A stretch of DNA of 62,943 nt, the filler included, from Cirrosporium novae-zelandiae (Eukaryota), in NCBI GenBank assembly GCA_026023565.1. It is 5 parts of 5 records of this genome, joined end to end, with 100 filler letters (N's around TTAATTAATTAA, not from the genome) between each part and the next. Parts side by side here need not be neighbours in the genome. Positions count along the whole stretch, not along the records: positions 1 to 21,157 come from JAPETS010000089.1; 4 more parts are not named here. One strand, 5' to 3'. This document shows positions 1-14,188 of this stretch, one piece after another. A model generated the notes under the pieces. It was not told where the DNA came from and did no database searches. It saw only the letters and a list, made by a program, of their open reading frames with translations. Each line of letters opens with the position of its first letter. The stretch's first letter is position 1. A program made the translations under genes and the position numbers.

Positions 1-700
1 CTTTTTCTTTTTTTCCCCCCCCCCCCCCCCTCCCCCCAAATTCCACCAAGGTTCCAGGCCTTCAGGTTACCTTCAAGATCAAGATCCATTTCCATCTCCA
101 ATCACCCCATTCCACTTGGTTACTTGTTCTTCGTTAACCAGCACCCCAAAAATTCTACAACACAAAATAATACTCTCAAAATAATTATTCCTCGTCATCT
201 TTTCTTTGCGCGATCAAGCGCCCCGTCGCGTGAGGTATTCTCAATGGGATCGCGTTCTATCTCTTGCTGATTGGTGCCAATCCTGCAAAGGTACCGAATC
301 TTCTGTCCTTGCCTACCTTTTTCCCCATCCGTCACTCCTTTCGTTCACTTTCTTCTTCTTCACCTTTGACCTGCAGTTTGCTTACTTGATGTAGCCATTC
401 CTTTCCGTCTATTTTACTATTCATATCCGCTTAATCATATACATTCCTCGGATAATTTGCGCATTCGTTAAGCCCGTTCCGATATAAAGAGGCCCGAGGG
501 CCGAAGACTGAGTCTAGGGACCTGGAAGACTGCCATACATCTTATAAAGAGGCTGTATGGAAGCCCGCAACAACGTGGATGTTAATCGGTCGAATTTGGA
601 ACTTTGAGCGTTCTCGTTCCCCATCCCTCACGAGTCGACGCTCTAGAGGGCCAGAGTTCCGTTTAAGCCTGCAGGCCGACCGTCCTCGCCCTAACTCGCC

Positions 701-3700
701 ATGAGAATACCCATTCGAGAACAGCTTGCCTTGCTTGTTGTATTAACGGTTGGCTTTGCTCTTGCAGTTCTTGCAGTATCTACGGTATGAAGTCAGCCCG
801 TAGCTCGTCAGGATGCAGCTAATTACTCGCTGTTAGTGGATCACCGAGAATCGCTTTGTAATCCATATTAGGTATTCAACTCTAGTATTGTCGCTCCATT
901 TTGAAAACTGATTTTCGTACAGTAAACAGTCTCTGGCCCTCACTGCCTCACTTAAAGCTGCCGAAATTTCTTCCAATTTGCTACTCGTACAATCTTCCGT
1001 GGAAGCAATTACCACCAGGATTTTGATACAATCTTCGTTACGCAATTATAATATCAATGGAACAAATACAGCCGCAAATTGGGACCGCCCCACCCAAGAC
1101 TTGCAGGCTGCATTATCTGGGGGCGGAACCAATGCTCTTTTGCTGCAGGTCATACACCCTAATCGGATGATGTTGAATAGACAATCTGACTTCTTCTAGG
1201 CTCGGATATACGGAAAAAATGACTCCGGGATTGGAGATAAACACGGGTTGCTGAACGTAACTGGCAATGGTATTCTGGGTGCTGTCGAGTTACCCTATGG
1301 AAACTCTAATGGAACTGCGGTGTATTTGGGAGACGAAGATTATGGATATCCCCCTGGCCTCTACCCCAATCTTACGTATAGCTCCGTGCCCGTCAACAGC
1401 ACCTTCAATACGTCGTATGCTTTTTACAAGGGAAGACGCATAGACACCAATTCGCCTCTCATACTTGGTCCATTGCAGCTCAACGAGTCGTTCGCTCTCC
1501 TTTCACTTACTGAACCAGTAATTAACAATACATCGGCAGTTGATGTTCTGGGATTCTTGACGATTGTGTTCAGTGCCAATATGATGCTCGATATTCTTAA
1601 ATCACCCGAGGGACTTGATAACACGGGGTTGGTCCTGCTCTGCGGTCCCACAGAATTAAACAGCATTTTTTTGCCCGAGATCGAATATACAACCCTAGAA
1701 AACGCAACAAATGTGTACGGAGACCGCCAGGTGGAATATAAAATGGAACCTTTACGGAACGTAACTCGAGGGATTCGACACTCGGAACAACCCCCCGGAA
1801 CCTCGAACCTGTCGTTTTCCATGAACGAGTATCCTGCTATTCTACGAGCCTTTGCTGTTGATAATGGCAATACTAATAACGCTGATAGTATGTTTGCAAC
1901 CCACAACGAGGAGAAAAAGTCTGTCTCGGTTGGCTATGCTCAAATTTCAAGTTCTATGGTCGATTGGGCTTTGATCGTGGAAATGGCTCATAGCGAAGTT
2001 GTTGCACCGATAATCCATCTAAGGAACTTGATTCTGGCCTGTGTTTTTGGGACAATAGGAGTGATACTGCTCGTGGTGCTACCAATTGCCCATGTATCCG
2101 TGCTGCCCATTCGGCGACTCAGAGAAGCGACACGGAAAACAGTAGAACCATACGCTTTTATATCCCAAGAAGGAAGTCGCATGTCAGGCCAATATTCAGA
2201 CGCCGATGACGGAATGGACGTTCAATTGGCTAGGAAAGAGGGATTTGTGACCAATATTGTTCATTGGCGACGGCGACGGCGTGAACGAAAAAATCGTAGG
2301 GACGTGGAGAATCGTCATCACCGGTTTCGTATTCCTGGAAAGGTTCAAGACAAGCGGCATCTTATACATGACGAATTAAGCGATCTTACACGGACCTATA
2401 ACGATATGACAGAAGAGCTTATGATGCAGTACCAAAGGTTAGAGGAGAGAGTTAAAGAACGCACCCACGAGCTCGAGCTTAGCAAGAAGGCGGCGGAGGC
2501 GGCCAACGAAAGCAAAACTTTGTTTATTGCGAATATTTCTCATGAGCTCAAGACCCCCCTCAACGGCATTCTCGGTCTAGCGGCGGTCTCGATGCAGGAG
2601 CAGGACCTCACAAAGATTCAACGGTCTCTTGGGATTATTTATAAATCGGGCGACCTTCTCCTCCATCTTCTCAACGATATCCTCACGTTTAGTAAGAATG
2701 AGATTGGCTCCCAGCTAAGCTTGGATGAGAAGGAATTTCGGTTGGTAGATATAAGCTCTCAAGTCATTTCTATCTTTGAAAAACAAGCCAAAGAAGCAAA
2801 GATTGAGCTAGGTGTGGCATTTTGGGGTCCTGTGGAGAAACTAGAATCGACATCGGGTATACCTGAAATGATCTATGGCCCCACTGGAACTGGGCGCGTC
2901 CGTGATATGTGTTTGTGGGGAGACCAACACAGAATTCTTCAAGTCGTTATCAATCTTGTAAGTAACAGCTTGAAATTCACACCACAGGGAGGCTCCGTAC
3001 AAGTAAGGATCAGATGTCTGGGCGAGGTTGAAAAATCCTTACTTCCGCTGTCTAGCAGCCGCAAAAACTCGACAAACTCCAAGCAATCTAAACAATCCAA
3101 GCTATCAAAACAGTCAAGGCCGTCAAGACGATCAAAACAACACTCCTCTAACGGTCTTAAGTCACCTGATATTTACAGCTCCGACCCAGAGTCTGTGAAT
3201 AGGACACCGCTTTCTAATCCTGCATCTCCATCAGCATCAGTACATGCTTCTCCAGGTAGCAAAAAGCAAGCATCTGTCACTTTGTTTGAACGCTCCATCT
3301 CTCCACCTCCACTCAATGCGAAAACTCTCGCCTTCATATTTGAAGTGGAGGATACAGGTCTGGGGATCCCAGAAAGCCAACAGCAACGGATCTTTGAACC
3401 TTTTGTTCAAGGGGATCTTGGTCTCAGTAAGAAATATGGAGGTACTGGCCTTGGTTTAAGTATTTGCTCCCAGCTTGCTAGCCTGATGGGAGGAAAATTA
3501 AACGTTAGGAGTCAAGAGGGGGTAGGCAGTATTTTTAGTATGCAAATCCCTCTTCGATATACGAGGGAGAAATCAGCTAGTACTGCTAACTCAAGTTTAC
3601 ACTCGGATTCCCGCCGCAGTAGCCTTGGTACAAAGCCTATATCAGATGAACCAGCTTCGAAGACAACTGACCCAGCAACCGATATGCCCCCTGATCCCGC

Positions 3701-4452
3701 TCAAAATGCCCCTCCGCCTAAGCTAAGCTTCGAAACACAGGCTAATCCTAGACTCGTTGGCTTTTCGCAGCCGTTTTTTGCGAACAGTCCAGCACTAAAA
3801 CCGTCACCCGAGCAGAAGGAGGGAGCCTCCCGTACGGATGATAGAATTCGTGTTCTAGTTGCAGAAGATAATCTAGTCAATCAAGAAGTTGTGACGCGTA
3901 TGCTTAAGCTTGAAGACATTTATGGTGAGTACGCTACATATCGGCAAACTTTATAGCTAATAGTCGACCAGATGTCACCTTGGCAAAAGATGGTCAAGAA
4001 GCCTATGACCTTGTTAAAGCCAACATGGCAGAACACAAATTCTTTGATCTAATTTTCATGGATGTCCAAGTCGGTAAATTCCTTCCGGTTGTTTGATATG
4101 TCCTAACCAGAAGCAGATGCCAAATGTCGACGGTCTCCAGAGTACTCGTCTTATCCGTTCTATGGGATACAATGCTCCTATCGTGGCCTTGACAGCATAC
4201 GCGGAAGAGCAAAATGTCAAAGAGTGTATGGATTCGGGCATGAATTATTTCCTTTCAAAACCCATAAAGAGGGCGAACCTCAGGACCGTCTTGAAAAAGT
4301 ACTGTACACCAATACCCGAGGTTGACGAGGGAGAGTCAAGCTCTCCGAAGATTGGCCATCACTCCAGACGGCCGTCTAGATCTTCCGGACCTACTGGGCT
4401 TACTAAGGACGATGGAGAACAGAGAATATCCTCTAATAATCCAAAACAATGA
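701..4452 (+). CDS. SLN1: Membrane-bound hybrid histidine kinase, Sln1/TcsB type (multi-exon)
   Basis: ATG at 701 gives [27 protein letters not shown] (TM1); short introns then join the 978 and 1248 ORFs. Contains TM2 ([20 protein letters not shown]), H-box [13 protein letters not shown]-box [10 protein letters not shown]1 EVEDTGLGI and G2 GGTGLGL. The receiver (VLVAEDN...FMDVQ/MP...FLSKP) is split by introns near 3925-3970 and 4070-4116. Confidence 0.9.
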
Positions 4453-5498
4453 CCTATCCTGAGATTAGGGTCTCCCTAGTCGCATTTAATAATTCTTGAT
4501 ATTTTTTTCGAGTGGCAAAGCAGAGGCCTAATCCCGGTGTTCAAAAGTCGAGGTGTATTCCCTCCTATGCCTACTTTATTACCTGGAGTCCGAAATGTTT
4601 CCAGAATGGTAAATTCTAGGCTAGCTTGGATTCTCCTTATAATTAGCACAGTTGTATGCACTCGTGGTCATTACGTTCGAGCTCGACGGGCATGGGATTA
4701 AGTATCCGATTCATGGAGTTTTCTTTCTAATACGCATATGGTTGGGATAAGATCTTAGGCGCTTTTCTGGGTAATATGGTTTCACCAAAAGCAATGACTG
4801 GGTGATTTCTTGGGGTATGGAGGATATATTTGAGGAATTTTGCATTCGCGGTTAGACTGGGTATTGGAAAGGTGCGGCGCTTGGTGTAAAGGTTATTACC
4901 TCTATGTATATATATATAATTCGGGGTAAACCGGATGTGAGGAGGAACAAAACAGGATGGGTATCCATCCGCCAATCAGCAATCTTTTATGTCATGGACT
5001 GAATGTTATTTTACCAGTGTATAATGTCATTATTACAAGTTCTTCGGAGGACATACAGTATTGAATTTCTGACTAGTCTTATTTTGTGGGGTAACACGGA
5101 TGAGGCGGCGTGAATACATCGCACACCAGTGACATAAAAAGGATGATTCACAAATTCAGTTTCCATTTTTTTATCGTTATTCAAACATTTTATTATAATT
5201 ATCATGGTGTTGGCGTTGTGCTTACATGGGCATTAATACATGACCCAATGAGGTAAGGAGCCCAATTTGTAAGTCACGCTTTTTCTTGTCACATGAGAAC
5301 CAGTCGAGATTTCCAGAGGATGCACTAATTAACTGGCTAGCGTGGCGGCTATCTTATCAGTCAGTCGATCAACCCTTCACCTCTTTTCACTCTAGTTCAC
5401 TCCAGTTCATGTTGACCTTCAACTTTCCTTGATATCTTACAAAGTAGATTAGTAACTCTTCTACTCTTCTAACATTGTGTGCTTCCTCTATCCTTATT

Positions 5499-6857
5499 AT
5501 GGAGGCTCTTCAAAGGGAACAAAAACGGGTCACCCAAAAGGCCAATCTTGCGAAAAGTACCGATGATGTACAACGGATCTTAGATCTGCTGATTAAAGCT
5601 CGAGAGGATATCGTTGCAGGTGCGGTCTTGGAGGTCATTTATTCATATCCCCAGATTTGTCGTTAACGGATTGACTTATAGATCCAAATTCTGCCTCAAT
5701 AACACTTGCCAAGCTTCAAAATCCAGTCAAGAAGTCGTTCGAAACCACCAACGACGACCTGAAAGAGGTCTACAATAGCTTGAATAAATATTCCAAAGCA
5801 ATAGATAAGGTATGCTTCTTCAATTTGTCTTATATGGACATCATCCTGACCCCCTTTTCTAGGTATTCAAAGATAAACCTCTGCCAACCACCGAATATGA
5901 TGCTCTCTCGTCTCGCCCCTACCTTATTAATCGTGCAATCGCCATGCACCTCCTCCGCGAAGGAGAATTCGGTGTGGCATCGACCTTTTTAACCGAAGCG
6001 ACACCTCAGACGTCTATGGACGATAGAACTTTACACTCTCTCGAGTCTGATGCTCTCCGTGATGCATTTTCGGAAATGTATCAAATATTGCACCAACTGC
6101 AGCAAGCACACAACCTTATCCCTGCAATAAACTGGGCTAGAAAAAATAGTCAAGCATTGGAGGCTAGAGGAAGCAATCTAGAATTTGAGCTCAGCCAGCT
6201 ACAATATGTGTGGCTTTCTAAGGGGAGTTATAGGACGGATAACATGCCCGGTTCATCAGAGGATCAACAACGAGCTCTTACATATGCTAGACAAGAGTTT
6301 CGTAGGTTCGCTAATAGATACCAAAGGGAAATCCAACAGCTTGCAGGGGCAATGCCTTATTTTTCGAATCTCCAGCAGTCCCCGTATAAACATATATTCC
6401 TGAACGAGTCTGCTTTGGAGGAGGTTGCTAATGCTTTCACTCGTGAATATTGCTCCTTGCTTGGGCTTTCGGCCGACTCTCCGCTACACATCGCTGCTAC
6501 TGCGGGAGCTATTGCTCTGCCGACGCTTCTGAAACTACAGACCATCATGAAACAGAAGAGGACAGAGTGGACAACTCAAGACGAGCTTCCTGTATTGCCC
6601 CGGCTTTCTTGTTGCACGAAGATTACTAACTTCTGCAGGTGGAAATTCCTCTTCCCCCGGCATATCAATTCCATGCAATATTCGTGTGCCCAGTCTCGAA
6701 AGAGCAAAGTACGGATTCAAACCCACCAATGATGATGCCATGCGGCCATGTAATAGCCCAAGAATCACTATCAAGACTCAGCAAAGGCAGCAAATTCAAA
6801 TGTCCGTACTGCCCTGGGGAGAGTCGTCCGCAAGAGGCAAAGAAGGTTGTCTTGTAG
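5499..6857 (+). CDS. RMD5: GID/CTLH complex RING subunit (Rmd5/Gid2-like), multi-exon
   Basis: LisH-like AIAMHLLREGEF, CTLH/CRA LEFELSQLQY and ATAGAIALPTLLK, and degenerate RING FVCPVSKEQ...PCGHVIAQESL...FKCPYCP; GT-AG introns between the ORF pieces. Confidence 0.88.
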
Positions 6858-8332
6858 ATTCGCTAGGGTCAGTGTGTAGGTCAGCATGGTAGTGGTTGTC
6901 TTAAAGGGATGGTTCATAAAGAGCGTCTTACCGCCTCGACGCTATACCTATCTAGGTAGTTCTGGGTTGAGTATCATGAACTCTTCCACCCTTGAGACGA
7001 GAACGCACTCCCACAATCATACCATTGGATACACCAACGTATACGGCACAACACAATGGATTAGACGGATAAAGAATATAGCTACACATGAAGATATTTG
7101 GCCAGTGGAATGGCAAGGGTGCCTTTGTACGGATGGTGGGTTGGATAGGACCCAGGAGTGCTCAGGTACTGATGCATTGTCAGGCTCTTGGAGCTCTCAG
7201 GTGGTGTCGGAGTGATGAAGCTGCTAGGGGCTTATTGTCAAATGCGCTGGACATTGGGTGGACCTAACGCAGGCCGAGACCGTGGAGAACATAGCGCTTT
7301 GAGCTCAAGTGGGCTTAGAATAAGGCCTATTGGAGGGGTGGTGGAGCGGAATTATCGTCAACAGCTGCCATAAAGGTCCACGGATATTTAGATGTAAAAA
7401 TGGAACAACCGTTTTTATCAGGACATGAATTTATAAGGAGATGACAAGAGATTTAGATAGAGGTTGCTAAATGAGAGAATGTGCTATTAAAGATGAGTGG
7501 GGGGAGGATGATTGGTGCGGTTAATCCAGGCTAATCACGGGAATCAGGAACATCACGGGACCTTACCGAAATAGGCGCCCTAGAGGGACCTAAGGATGTT
7601 TTTCTTCAAGAGACGGTCAACTAGATGGACCAAACACCAATCAGCTCAATGGAACTCGATGGACCCAACGGTCAGTTCATTGTCCTCGGTTTTCGGGTCC
7701 TCTCCCTCTCCCTTTCTTGGGATCTATCTTGAATTAAAGTTTTATGTCAGCCGCTCATCTCACTGTGGAAGGGAATCGAACACCTCCTGAAACATTTTGA
7801 CTAATAGCCTCCATGGTATCAAAATCGTGTCAAATTCCGCCGTTGTGACCAATTTTCCGTTGGGAATCATTTGACCTTTTCTAGTAAACAACCTCTCATG
7901 GACTCTGGAGGAATCCACCAAGTCCACAGAGTCCACAAAGTTTACCAAAGACCGCACAAGGCCATGGGATTGCTCTCGGGGTGACATGCTATATTTGTCC
8001 ATAATGATCCGGGGGAGCTAGTCCATGGTCACGGTAAGATGTATTTCCTCGCGATGACTTGTCTTTGACTATTTTGAGTTACCTATGTGGTGTTGTCTGT
8101 TCGTCTCGTCTCGGCCATTAGTGGGGCCTTGTAAAAAATACCAACTCAAGATTGCGTTCGGATGAAAAAACCAAAAGATCGTGATTGAGAGCTTGACCGT
8201 ATTTCCCTCTTTTAAACATGGCAATCCTCGTTTTTTCAAGGGGTCGTGCTACATTGCATTGGCGAATTTGTTACGAGCCGACAGGACAAACAAGAACGGT
8301 TGCTTGACGATACCTTGAAGAGTTGCACGGCG

Positions 8333-9904
8333 ATGAAGAACACAACTGACTCCGAGATCGGACCGTCCAATTATGGCAACACCGAGAGGTCCCCTTCCAG
8401 AAACTCTGTTCAAACGCTACTTGATGATGAGAAGTTCCCGTCTCCAGTCATTACCGGCACTCCAGATCTTGAAAAGCAGCCTCCAGACTCAGAACCATCC
8501 CCTGCCACTGATCGTCCGGTAGATGATGACGATGATCGATCTCACTGCACAACCATCGTCGATGAAAATGGGCCCGATGGTGAAAAGTTCACCTACCCCG
8601 AAGGTGGACTTCGCGCATGGCTGGTCGTCTTTGGGTCTTTCTGCGCTATGATGGCTGCCTTTGGCGTCATGAATACGGTTGGAATATTTCAATCGTACCT
8701 TAAGGAAAACCAACTGCGGGACTATGACGAATCAACTATCAGTTGGATCTTCAGTGTCTACAATTCCTTATCCTTCTTCTGCAGCCTCTTCATCGGCCCC
8801 ATCTTCGACGCCAAAGGACCACGGTTACTCATCTTCTTGGGGAGTCTCTTCACCGTCTTGGCCTTCTTTCTCCTTGGAATTTGTACAGGTACGTTTAACT
8901 CGCTCAACCCCAGTCGATACGTATATCTGATAACGTTTAGAGTATTGGCACTTCATGATGGTGTTTGGATTTATTGGGGGTACAGGAACGTCGTTACTAT
9001 TTACCCCTGCTGTTTCATCTATTGGCCATTTTTTCCTCAAGAAACGTGCCAGCGCAACTGGCTTCGCTGCAACGGGGGGAAGCGTTGGTTCTGTCATATT
9101 CCCGCTATTGCTTCAGCCTCTGTTCCCTAAGATCGGTTTCGCTTGGGGCACACGCATCCTTGCGTTCATTCTTATTTTTCTTTGCATTTGCGCGTGTTTG
9201 CTTGTCCGCTCTCGATTACCGCCATCGAAGAATGCTAATGTGATGCCCGATTTTCGCATTTTCAGGGACCCTGCTTTTACAATGGTAACCGCAGGCGTCT
9301 TCTTCATCGAATGGGCATTGTTCGTGCCAATCGCTTATCTTACCTCCTACACAGTTTCCGTCGGCCTTTCTGAAACCTACTCTTATCAGATTGTAGCCAT
9401 TCTGGGAGCAGGTTCTTGTCTTGGTCGACTCTTACCCGGGATTGGTGCTGATTATATTGGCGCATATAATGCTATGATCATTACGATTGTACCATGTATT
9501 ATATGCACATTGGGGCTCTGGCTACCTGCTGGTGGTAGCTGGGCGATGGTGGTTTCTTTTGCTGTTGTGTTTGGGATTGCTAGTGGCAGTAATATTAGCC
9601 TTACTCCTGTGACGGTTGGAAAACTATGCAGCATTCAGCATTACGGTCGTTACTATGCTACGACGTATTTTATTGTGGCGTTTGGGTAAGTTTGGTCTTG
9701 GGTCTAAAGCATTGTGATAGATGGCTGACGAACGATTCCAGAACCTTGACTGGAATTCCGATTGCTGGTCAAATTTTGGCAGTCTGCGGAGGGAAATACT
9801 GGGGACTTATACTCTTTACAGGTTTGAATTACGTGGCGGGGTTAATATGTTTTATGGCAGCCCGAATTATAAAGGTCGGGTGGCATCCTCTCAAAAATTT
9901 CTAA
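8333..9904 (+). CDS. MFS transporter, monocarboxylate porter (MCH/Mch5-like) family
   Basis: [25 protein letters not shown] and [13 protein letters not shown] motifs with about 12 hydrophobic segments; introns near 8889-8940 and 9686-9741. Confidence 0.88.
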
Positions 9905-10931
9905 GGGTAATGAACGAGACACGACTTGCACGAAACACGAAACACGAGATATGGATATGGTATCGGGGAAAAGGTTAGAAAAGTTCAGAAAAGTTCAGAA
10001 AAAGGTCCGGTACGGGATATATAAATTGGTTAAAAAAGTGTTTGATGAAGGATAGAACGTATCTGGAAGATGGGGGGGTGACTTGGGATTTAAGATAATG
10101 CATAATGGAATACTTTAATGGGATATTTGTTTACTATGGATGTTGTCTGATTATTAGTAAATAAGGCTGAGGTGGAGTAATTAGCAAAGAGACGTGGGAC
10201 GCGTTCGGGGAAGAGGACGGGAAGATCTGAATGGGGAATGGTGGTGGTGGCGGTGGTGTAAAGTTTCGGGGAGTTTTTCAGCGCTTAATGTGGCAAAAAT
10301 ACAGGGCTGGTACAGCAGTGCAGGAAACCCAAGGCCATTAACCCTGTTGATTGGCTTTAGATGATTTATCGGAAGTCTTTGAAACACCATTCAACTTTAG
10401 CTGTGGTACAAAGTTCGACAGGGCCAGCCTTGACTGAATATTCAGGCCACTTCAGGCCACTCACCTTCTCAACCACGTCGCTGCCGAGTCCCCTCAACCG
10501 CGACATGTTCGTGATTTACTACTGCAAACACCGTGATCTTGCATTAATCTTCCCTTCTAAAAGTTCCAAAAGAAATTGTGACTCATTCGAGCTCGGTCAT
10601 TGAAATCATTGAAATGGAGGACTTGATCATGAATCGATGCCTCATTCCTTCATCGTCCTCAGGCTGTTTTATTATTTTCTCCCTTCAATCACCATCTTAT
10701 CCATCCAGATTTAAAAAGAAATATTCAACCAATTTATTTTTGCTGGCTGATTGATGCTTATCAAATCTTATCTTGCTTAGATTCATTGCAATTGATTGCC
10801 ATTCTTGGGTGGTCATTATTGGCGAGGATTGTTAGTATGCAGACTCCCATTATCGACCTCTTAGGGGCTTGGCTAACAGATGGGTTAATGATGAAGCCTA
10901 AGGCTGCAGTAATTTACGATATGCAAATGTC

Positions 10932-12311
10932 ATGTCGTCTAGTTCAGCCTTTCTACAATTCTGGTGGAACGATATTACCCGTGATACCTTCCTTCATACT
11001 GTCCCGAAGGATGATCTCTTCAACCTTCGACTAGTCTGCCATGACTTTAGCATCAGAACTGCTCCTGCTCTGTTTGGACATACCAATATCGCATTCAAGA
11101 GTGGAACGTTTACTCGTCCCTCACGCATGGCTGCTTTGGAGCGGATAGGTCATTATATCCGCACCTTGACCTTTCATATGGCACATAGCGCCGAGACTTT
11201 TCTGCCCCCGATTCTCAACCCCGCGACACTTGAGGAACAATCATTCATTTACACTCCCCACATTCACATTTCCCGGCATTCAGGGGGGTCGAACATGAGT
11301 GTTCCCAAATATGGGGACTGGGAAACCACCAATCTTCTTGTCCAGCAATGGCCGACCCTGTTCCATGCAGCTACTAATGTCCCTTCTTTCATACGCGCAC
11401 TCAATGCAATGCCCTCTCTCAAACATCTCGAGATTTCCTGCCCTGGGCAAGAACTATCCCATCGTTATCGCAGAAGCGCAGTTGATTATGCCTTGATATC
11501 CCTTCGCATCGCTGTTGAACAGGCTCCATTGGTATCCCTTGATACCTTGACCCTCCTCGCCATCCATCCTTCCGGGATTTTCTACTTGCGGCCTACAATG
11601 GCTTTTGGTAGTGGACCAGGGTCAACAAGAAAATGGTCGCAAATCCGAAAGCTTGCGATTCACATGGACAGCTTTCCATCTCATAACGGGCAAGCCGCTG
11701 ATCATCTCAAATTGCTCCATTCGTATTTACAGGCCTTTTCCTCGTCGGTGACGAGATTCTTCTTTCGTTGGAGAGGTAGTAAAGGACCTTCACCACTATC
11801 CCTTTCTTCGGAGCCAGGACTATCACCGAGCCCTTCCAGTAAGCGGTGCAAAGCTTGCCCAAAGAAATCTAACGTTCCACTACGGCCGCTGAAATTTGCC
11901 AAGCTACGTTATATGGAGCTTGAGAATGTTATCATGGATGCATCGCAGGTCTCTGTTTTTGTCATGCATCACCGCCACACCCTCCGAGAATTTAATTTCG
12001 AAGATGCCTTCCTGCGAAGTGGTACCTGGGAGGATGCGCTGGCACCGTTGACAAGGATAACAGGTAGCGAGAAGTGGAAAGAGAAACAGGAGGAAATTAT
12101 GGACGTTCCCATCATGCTCAGTCCCGTGGGAATCGAGAGAGGTCAGGTAGACAAAGTACTCTGGGAAGAAGAGAGAAGGAAAGCGAGGTTGAGAGATGTA
12201 CAAGTACGAGGGGGTCTTTTGAAAGCCAAATCCAAGGCTAGGGAATTATTTTGGGGGAGCCCGGAGCATATGAAAAAGTTCCTGAGAACCTCGGTGTTTA
12301 GTTTTCGGTAG
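10932..12311 (+). CDS. Conserved fungal hypothetical protein with N-terminal F-box-like segment
   Basis: 459-aa open ORF; FLHTVPKDDLFNLRLVCHDF resembles an F-box, followed by LRR-like LxxLxI repeats. Confidence 0.7.
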   Translation: MSSSSAFLQFWWNDITRDTFLHTVPKDDLFNLRLVCHDFSIRTAPALFGHTNIAFKSGTFTRPSRMAALERIGHYIRTLTFHMAHSAETFLPPILNPATLEEQSFIYTPHIHISRHSGGSNMSVPKYGDWETTNLLVQQWPTLFHAATNVPSFIRALNAMPSLKHLEISCPGQELSHRYRRSAVDYALISLRIAVEQAPLVSLDTLTLLAIHPSGIFYLRPTMAFGSGPGSTRKWSQIRKLAIHMDSFPSHNGQAADHLKLLHSYLQAFSSSVTRFFFRWRGSKGPSPLSLSSEPGLSPSPSSKRCKACPKKSNVPLRPLKFAKLRYMELENVIMDASQVSVFVMHHRHTLREFNFEDAFLRSGTWEDALAPLTRITGSEKWKEKQEEIMDVPIMLSPVGIERGQVDKVLWEEERRKARLRDVQVRGGLLKAKSKARELFWGSPEHMKKFLRTSVFSFR

Positions 12312-12810
12312 GATTTCAAGGGTTTAAGAATTCACGGGTATCTAGGTCCTGGGGGCCCTGGGTGTTGGTGGTTGGTGGATGTCGATCCCCAAGGTTATGC
12401 ATGGATATGATATTGAATGAATTTTATTTTACCTTATTCATTATTATGCGTATGGGTCCCATGATCTTTATCAATTACCAGAAAGGATAGGAAGAAATAA
12501 TCTTTAAAGATGTTACTTTAGTACTTTCTAGTCCAAGTGCACATGGATGATGACGTTGGCCTCGGTAAATCCAAAGCTGAACTGGACGCTTTCGTTCACA
12601 TGCTCCGATGAGAAATATTAGTCTAGTTTACCTTAAATACTTAAATACATGAATAAATAACTTCCCCATTCCTTAACTAACTCCTGGAAAGTAATTCTCC
12701 ATTCCCCCCCATTATTTTGCTTTCTCCTTCTTCTTCGGTGCTTGTGACAACAATCCATTCTTTATCCTCCAACTTCATCAGTGAATTCAGCCTGGATCAA
12801 TATCGCGAAT

Positions 12811-13346
12811 ATGTCTCTCAAAAACGGTATGCATTCGATGAACACATTTTAGCTTAGACAGCCTAACAAGGGTCTTTCAGATGCCTTTCCCGCCTCTCAA
12901 GCCTTTGACGCGATCAATGCATCTCTCCAGGGGGATGAGCACGAACGCAAGGATGCTATGAAGAAAGTCAATGGAACTTTTGCTTTTACACTTAAGAACA
13001 AGGAGGGTAAGGAGGAGTCCTGGTATATTGATTTGAAGAAGAAGGGTACTGTTGGAAAAGGAGCTGTTCCCGAGGGGGCCGACAAAGCGGATGGTATGTG
13101 CTACTCTCGAGACGGGCTCCATGGACTAGGAAGCACCATGTGTCTATGGCAGCAGATGACTGACTCTACTCTGGATAACTAGTGAACTTGATACTTTCGG
13201 ATGAAGATTTCGGAAAGCTAGTCAAAGGAAAAGCAAATGCCCAACGGTTATTTATGGGAGGTAAATTGAAGATTAAGGGAGATGTTATGAAGGCTACAAA
13301 GATGGAGCCTATTTTCAAGAAGGTGCAAACGAAGGCGAAGCTATAG
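12811..13346 (+). CDS. SCP2 sterol/lipid carrier protein with peroxisomal PTS1
   Basis: Three exons: MSLKN / AFPASQAFDAI...ESWYIDLKKKG / LILSDEDFGKLVKGKANAQRLFMGGKLKIKGDVMKATK; C-terminus ...TKAKL* is a PTS1 signal. Confidence 0.88.
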
Positions 13347-13451
13347 GAAGTGATATTGAATGAAAGATGAATAAAATATTACCTGATGGGAGCGGGCGTC
13401 TGGACCTTGGGCATGAAATAAATTGTCGCAGTTGTTGTCATTATTATTGTC

Positions 13452-13482
<31 letters not shown>

Positions 13483-13843
13483 CAGTGCCTAGGCAGGAAT
13501 ATAGGGATTCGGACTTTAGGATGCAGGTGGCGGTGTTAAGAAAGGCGTAAGGCGCGTTTAATGAAAATTGTAAACGGAAATTTCCGGTTTGGTAACAGGT
13601 CGTTTGTGGCATGTCATTGGTTCATTGGCCAGTAGTGCCAGCCATTCACCCATGTCTCCCCTTCCATCGTCTCCCTGAACCTGAATAATGAAAAAACAAA
13701 CCAAGTCTAACGTGCGCATTCATCACTTAGCACTCAAAGCTGTTTTTGTCCCACGGCACCTCCATCTTCTAAAATATTCCTCGACTTCGACTACGAAATT
13801 ATTTCAAAAAAAATAACATTCCTTCTTTCAAAACCCAAACTAC

Positions 13844-13893
<50 letters not shown>

Positions 13894-14188
13894 ACGTGCC
13901 CCCCTCCCTCCATCCTTCGGTAATTCGTCGAATCGAAAACCTTTCCTCATTACCTGAAAAATCTCACTCTCATCATCACTCTTCAGTGAGCTGGCAGAAA
14001 TAGACCTTTCCCGAATCGGCGTTCAGGTTGTTCATCACTTCAAGCATCATCGAGCGCATAGCGCATCGCATCTTCGAGAGACGATCTGAAATTCCTTCTC
14101 ACCTATCATTCGAGTGTCAACCAATCATAAACCTGTCTTATGCTATTTGGGGCGCGCGTTTAATCCCTTTCCTGGCGCCTGGCCGTGA

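Noticed and set aside
13845..13892. Long poly-C tract as G-quadruplex element
   Set aside because: Homopolymer length is unreliable and such tracts are common in this window.
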